The notes beneath the pieces are model-generated. The model saw only the letters and a list, made by a program, of their open reading frames with translations. It made no database searches and was not told where the DNA came from. Both the position numbers and the translations under genes were made by a program. A stretch of DNA of 64,000 nucleotides from Eledone cirrhosa (lineage: Eukaryota): assembly GCA_964016885.1 (NCBI GenBank), contig OZ024742.1:6200001-6264000 (forward strand), in the 5' to 3' direction. Shown piece after piece: positions 57,901 to 64,000 of the stretch (position 1 is the first letter of the stretch; the number at the start of each line of letters is the position of its first letter).

Positions 57901-60900
57901 TACACCACACCACACCACACTATACTCCACACTTCACTTCACCACACCACACCACACTATACTCCACACTTCACTTCACCACACCACACCACACTATACT
58001 CCAGACTTCACTTCACCACACCACACCACACTATACTCCACACTTCACTTCACCACACCACACCACACTATACTCCACACTTCACCACACCACACCACAC
58101 TATACTCCACACTTCACCACACCACACCACACCACACTATACTCCACACTTCACCACACCACACCACACTATACTCCACACTTCACCACACAACACCACA
58201 CTATACTCCACACTTCACTTCACCACACCACACCACACTATACTCCACACTTCACCACACCACACCACACTATAATCCACACTTCACTTCACCACACCAC
58301 ACCACACTATACTCCACACTTCACCACACCACACCACACTATACTCCACACTTCACTTCACCACACCACACCGCACTATACTCCACACTTCACTTCACCA
58401 CACCACACCACACTATACTCCACACTTCACCACACCACACCACACTATACTCCACACTTCACCACACCACACCACTCTATATCCACACTTCACCACACCA
58501 CACCACACTATACTCCACACTTCACTTCACCACACCACACCACACTATACTCCACACTTCACTTCACCACACCACACAACACTATACTCCACACTTCACC
58601 ACACCACACCACACTATACTCCACACTTCACTTCACCACACCACACCACACTATACTCCACACTTCACCACACCACACCACACTATACTCCACACTTCAC
58701 TTCACCACACCACACCACACTATACTCCACACTTCACTTCACCACACCACACCACACTATACTCCACAATTCACCACACCACACCACACTATACTCCACA
58801 CTTCACCACACCACACCACACTATACTCCACACTTCACTTCACCACACCACACTATACTCCACACTTCACCACACCACACCACACTATACTCCACACTTC
58901 ACTTCACCACACCACACCACACTATACTCCACACTTCACCACACCACACCACACTATTTCTCCACACTTCACTACACTACACCACACCACACTATACTCC
59001 ACACTTCACTACACCACACCACACCACACTATATACCACACTTCACTACACCACACCACACTATACTGCACACTTCACTTCACCACACCACACCACACTA
59101 TACTCCACACTACACCACACCACACCACACCACACTATACTCCACACTTCACTACACCACACCACACCACACTATATACCACACTTCACTACACCACACC
59201 ACACTATACTCCACACTACACCACACCACACCACACTATACTCCACACTACACCACACCACACCACACTATACTCCACACTTCACTACACCACACCACAC
59301 TATACTCCACACTTCACTACACCACACCACACCACACTATACTCCACACCTCACTACACCACACCACACAACACTATACTCCACACCTCACTACACCACA
59401 CAACACTATACTCCACACTTCACCACACCACACTATACTCCACACTTCACTACACCACACCACACCACACTATACTCCACACTTCACTACACCACACCAC
59501 ACTATACCTCACACTTCACTACACCACACCACACTATACTCCACACTACACCACACCACACCACACTATACTCCACACTTCACTACACCACACCACACTA
59601 TATACCACACTTCACTACACCACACTACACCACACCACACAACACCACACCACACTATACACTACACTACACCACACCACACCACACCACACCACACTAT
59701 ATACTACACTACACCACACCACACCACACTACACCACACCACACAACACTATACTCCACACTACACTACACCACACCACACCACACCACACCACACTACA
59801 CCACACCACACTACACCACACCACACCACACCACACTACACCACACCACACTACACCACACCACACCACACCACACTATACTACACCACACTTCACTACA
59901 CCACACCACACCACACTATACTCCACACTTCACCACACCACACCACACTATACTCCACACTACACTACACCACACCACACCACACTATACTACACACTTC
60001 ACCACACCACATCACACTATACTCCACACCACACCACACCACACCACACCACACTATATACCACACTACACCACACCACACCACACTATATACCACACTA
60101 CACCACACCACACCACACTATACTCCACACTTCACTACACCACACCACACCACACTATACTACACAACACTATACTACACACTTCACTACACCACACCAC
60201 ACAACACTATACTACACAACACTATACTACACACTTCACTACACCACACCACACAACACTATACTACACAACACTATACTACACACTTCACTACACCACA
60301 CCACACAACACTATACTACACAACACTATACTACACACTTCACTACACCACACCACACAACACTATACTACACAACACTATACTACACACTTCACTACAC
60401 CACACCACACAACACTATACTACACAACACTATACTACACACTTCACTACACCACACCACACAACACTATACTGCACAACACTATACTACACACTTCACT
60501 ACACCACACCACACAACACTATACTACACAACACTATACTACACACTTCACTACACCACACCACACTATACTACACAACACTATACTACACACTTCACTC
60601 CACCACACCACACAACACTATACTACACAACACTATACTACACACTTCACTACACCACACCACACAACACTATACTACACAACACTATACTACACACTTC
60701 ACTACACCACACCACACAACACTATACTACACACTTCACTACACCACACCACACAACACTATACTACACAACACTATACTACACACTTCACTACACCACA
60801 CCACACCACACTATACTACACAACACTATACTACACACTTCACTACACCACACCACACAACACTATACTACACAACACTATACTACACACTTCACTACAC

Positions 60901-63900
60901 CACACCACACCACACTATACTCCACACGTCACTTCACCACACCACACCACACTTCACTACACCACACCACACTTCACTACACCACACCACACTACACCAC
61001 ACCACACCACACTATTTTCCACACTTCACTACACCACACCACACCACACCACACTATACTCCACACTACACCACACCACACCACACTATACTCCACACTT
61101 CACTTCACCACACCACACCACACTATACTCCACACTTCACCACACCACACCACACCACTCTATACTCCACACTTCACCACACCACTCCACACTATACTCC
61201 ACACTTCACCACTCCACACTTCACTTCACCACACCACAGCACACCACACTATACTCCACACCACACCACACAACACTATACTCCACACTTCACTTCACCA
61301 CACCACACCACACTATACTTCACACTTCACTTCACCACACCACACCACACTATACTCCACACTTCACTTCACCACACCACACTATACTCCACACTTCACT
61401 TCACCACACCACACCACACTATACTCCACACTTCACTTCACCACACCACACCACACTATACTCCACACTTCACCACACCACACCACACTATACTCCACAC
61501 TTCACCACACCACACCACACTATACTCCACACTTCACCACACCACACCACACTATACTCTACACTACACCACACCACACCACACTATACTCCACACTTCA
61601 CTTCACCACACCACAGCACACTATACTCCACATTTCACTTCACCACACCACACCACACTATACTCCACACTTCACTTCACCACACCACACCACACTATAC
61701 TCCACACTACACCACACCACACTATACTCCACACTACACCACACCACACCACACAACACTATACTCCACACTACACTACACCACACCACACCACACTATA
61801 TACTACACTACACCACACCACACCACACCACACCACACTATATACCACACTACACCACACCACACCACAGCACACCACACTATATACTACACTACACCAC
61901 ACCACACCAAACCACACCACACTATATACTACACTACACCACACCACACCACACTATATACTACACTACACCACACCACACCACACAACACTATATACCA
62001 CACTACACCACACCACACCACACCACACTATACTCCACACCACACCACACCACACTATACTCCACACTACACCACACCACACCACACAACACTATATACC
62101 ACACTACACCACACCACACCACACCACACTATACTCCACACCACACCACACCACACTATACTCATCACTACACCACACCACACCACACAACACTATACTC
62201 CACACTACACTACACCACACCACACCACACCACACTATATACCACACTACACCACACCACACCACACCACACTATATACCACACTACACCACACCACACC
62301 ACACCACACCACACCACACTATATACCACACTACACCACACCACACCACACCACACTATATACCACACTACACCACACCACACCACACCACACCACACTA
62401 TATACCACACTACACCACACCACACCACACCACACCACACCACACCACACCACACTATATACCACACTACACCACACCACACCACACTATATACTACACT
62501 ACACCACACCACACCACACTACACCACACCACACCACACCACACTATACTCCACACCACACCACACCACACAACACTATACTCCACACTACACTACACCA
62601 CACCAGACCACACAACACCACACTACACCACACCACACCACACTACACCACACCACACCACACCACACCACACTACACCAAACCACACCACACTACACCA
62701 CACTACACCACACACCACTACACTACACCACACCACACACCACTATACTATATACTACACTTCACCACACCACACCACACTATATTCCACACTACACTAC
62801 ACCACACAACACTATACTCCACACTACACTACACCACACAACACTATACTCCACACTACACTACACCACACACCACTACACTACACCACACCACACAACA
62901 CTATACTCCACACTACACTACACCACACCACACTACACTATATACCACACTACACCACACCACACCACACTATACTCCACACTTCACTACACCACACCAC
63001 ACCACACTATATACCACACTTCACTACACCACACCACACCACACTATACTCCACACTTCACTTCACCACACCACACCACACTTCACTACACCACACCACA
63101 CTTCACTACACCACACCACACTACACCACACCACACCACACTATACTCCACACTTCACTACACCACACCACACCACACCACACTATACTCCACACTACAC
63201 CACACCACACCACACTATACTCCACACTTCACTTCACCACACCACACCACACTATACTCCACACTTCACCACACCACAGCACACCACACTATACTCCACA
63301 CTACACCACACCACACAACACTATACTCCACACTTCACTTCACCACACCACACCACACTATGCTCCACACTTCATTTCACCACACCACACTATACTCCAC
63401 ACTTCACTTCACCACACCACACCACACTATACTCCACACTTCACTTCACCACACCACACTATACTCCACACTTCACTTCACCACACCACACCACACTATA
63501 CTCCACACTTCACTTCACCACACCACACCACACTATACTCCACACTTCACTTCACCACACCACACCACACTATACTCCACACTTCACCACACCACACCAC
63601 ACTATACTCCACACTTCACCACACCACACCACACTATACTCCACACTTCACCACACCACACCACACTATACTCCACACTACACCACACCACACCACACTA
63701 TACTCCACACTTCACTTCACCACACCACACCACACTATACTCCACACTTCACTTCACCACACCACACCACACTATACTCCACACTTCACTTCACCACACC
63801 ACACCACACTATACTACACACTTCACTACACCACACCACACCACACTATACTACACAACACTATACTACACACTTCACTACACCACACCACACAACACTA

Positions 63901-64000
63901 TACTACACAACACTATACTACACACTTCACTACACCACACCACACCACACTATACTCCACACGTCACTTCACCACACCACACCACACTTCACTACACCAC
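39981..64000. repeat. (CACCA)n pentamer satellite with CACTA, CACTT, TATAC and TACTC variants and higher-order repeats; runs off the window
   Basis: Direct reading; identical or near-identical minus-strand ORFs recur at an offset of 7278 (41947/49225, 42507/49785, 43459/50737, 48811/56089). Confidence 0.97.

Noticed and set aside
39981-64000. Telomeric repeat array
   Set aside because: Unit is TGTGG, not the TTAGGG typical of molluscs, and is too heterogeneous for a telomerase product

Overview
Eukaryotic, AT-rich, repeat-saturated invertebrate DNA. The SINEs resemble octopus tRNA-derived families as I recall them, so a cephalopod origin is an inference. I could not support any host protein-coding gene. 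Bases 1-34.1 kb are a mosaic of (TA)n microsatellites that host many unrelated short cassettes. Most cassettes carry a type I hammerhead ribozyme (about 20 motifs in about 11 sequence families, several with palindromic stem III and a downstream AATAAA). Many are fold-backs: two 5'-truncated copies joined head-to-head, with 3' ends pointing outward into (TA)n. Three cassettes keep Penelope-like GIY-YIG endonuclease sequence (3135-3346, 9649-9891, 30504-31274), which links them to Penelope-like retroelements and retrozymes. The window also holds a young 5'-truncated Tx1/L1-clade LINE with a 17-bp TSD (17082-18861), RTE-like and CRE-like LINE tails, tRNA-SINEs, a MITE-like element and several minisatellites (53, ~30, ~85, 17 and 24 bp). 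From ~39980 to the end is a 24-kb (CACCA)n satellite with 7278-bp higher-order repeats; its 4617-aa ORF is spurious. All folds and alignments were done by eye.
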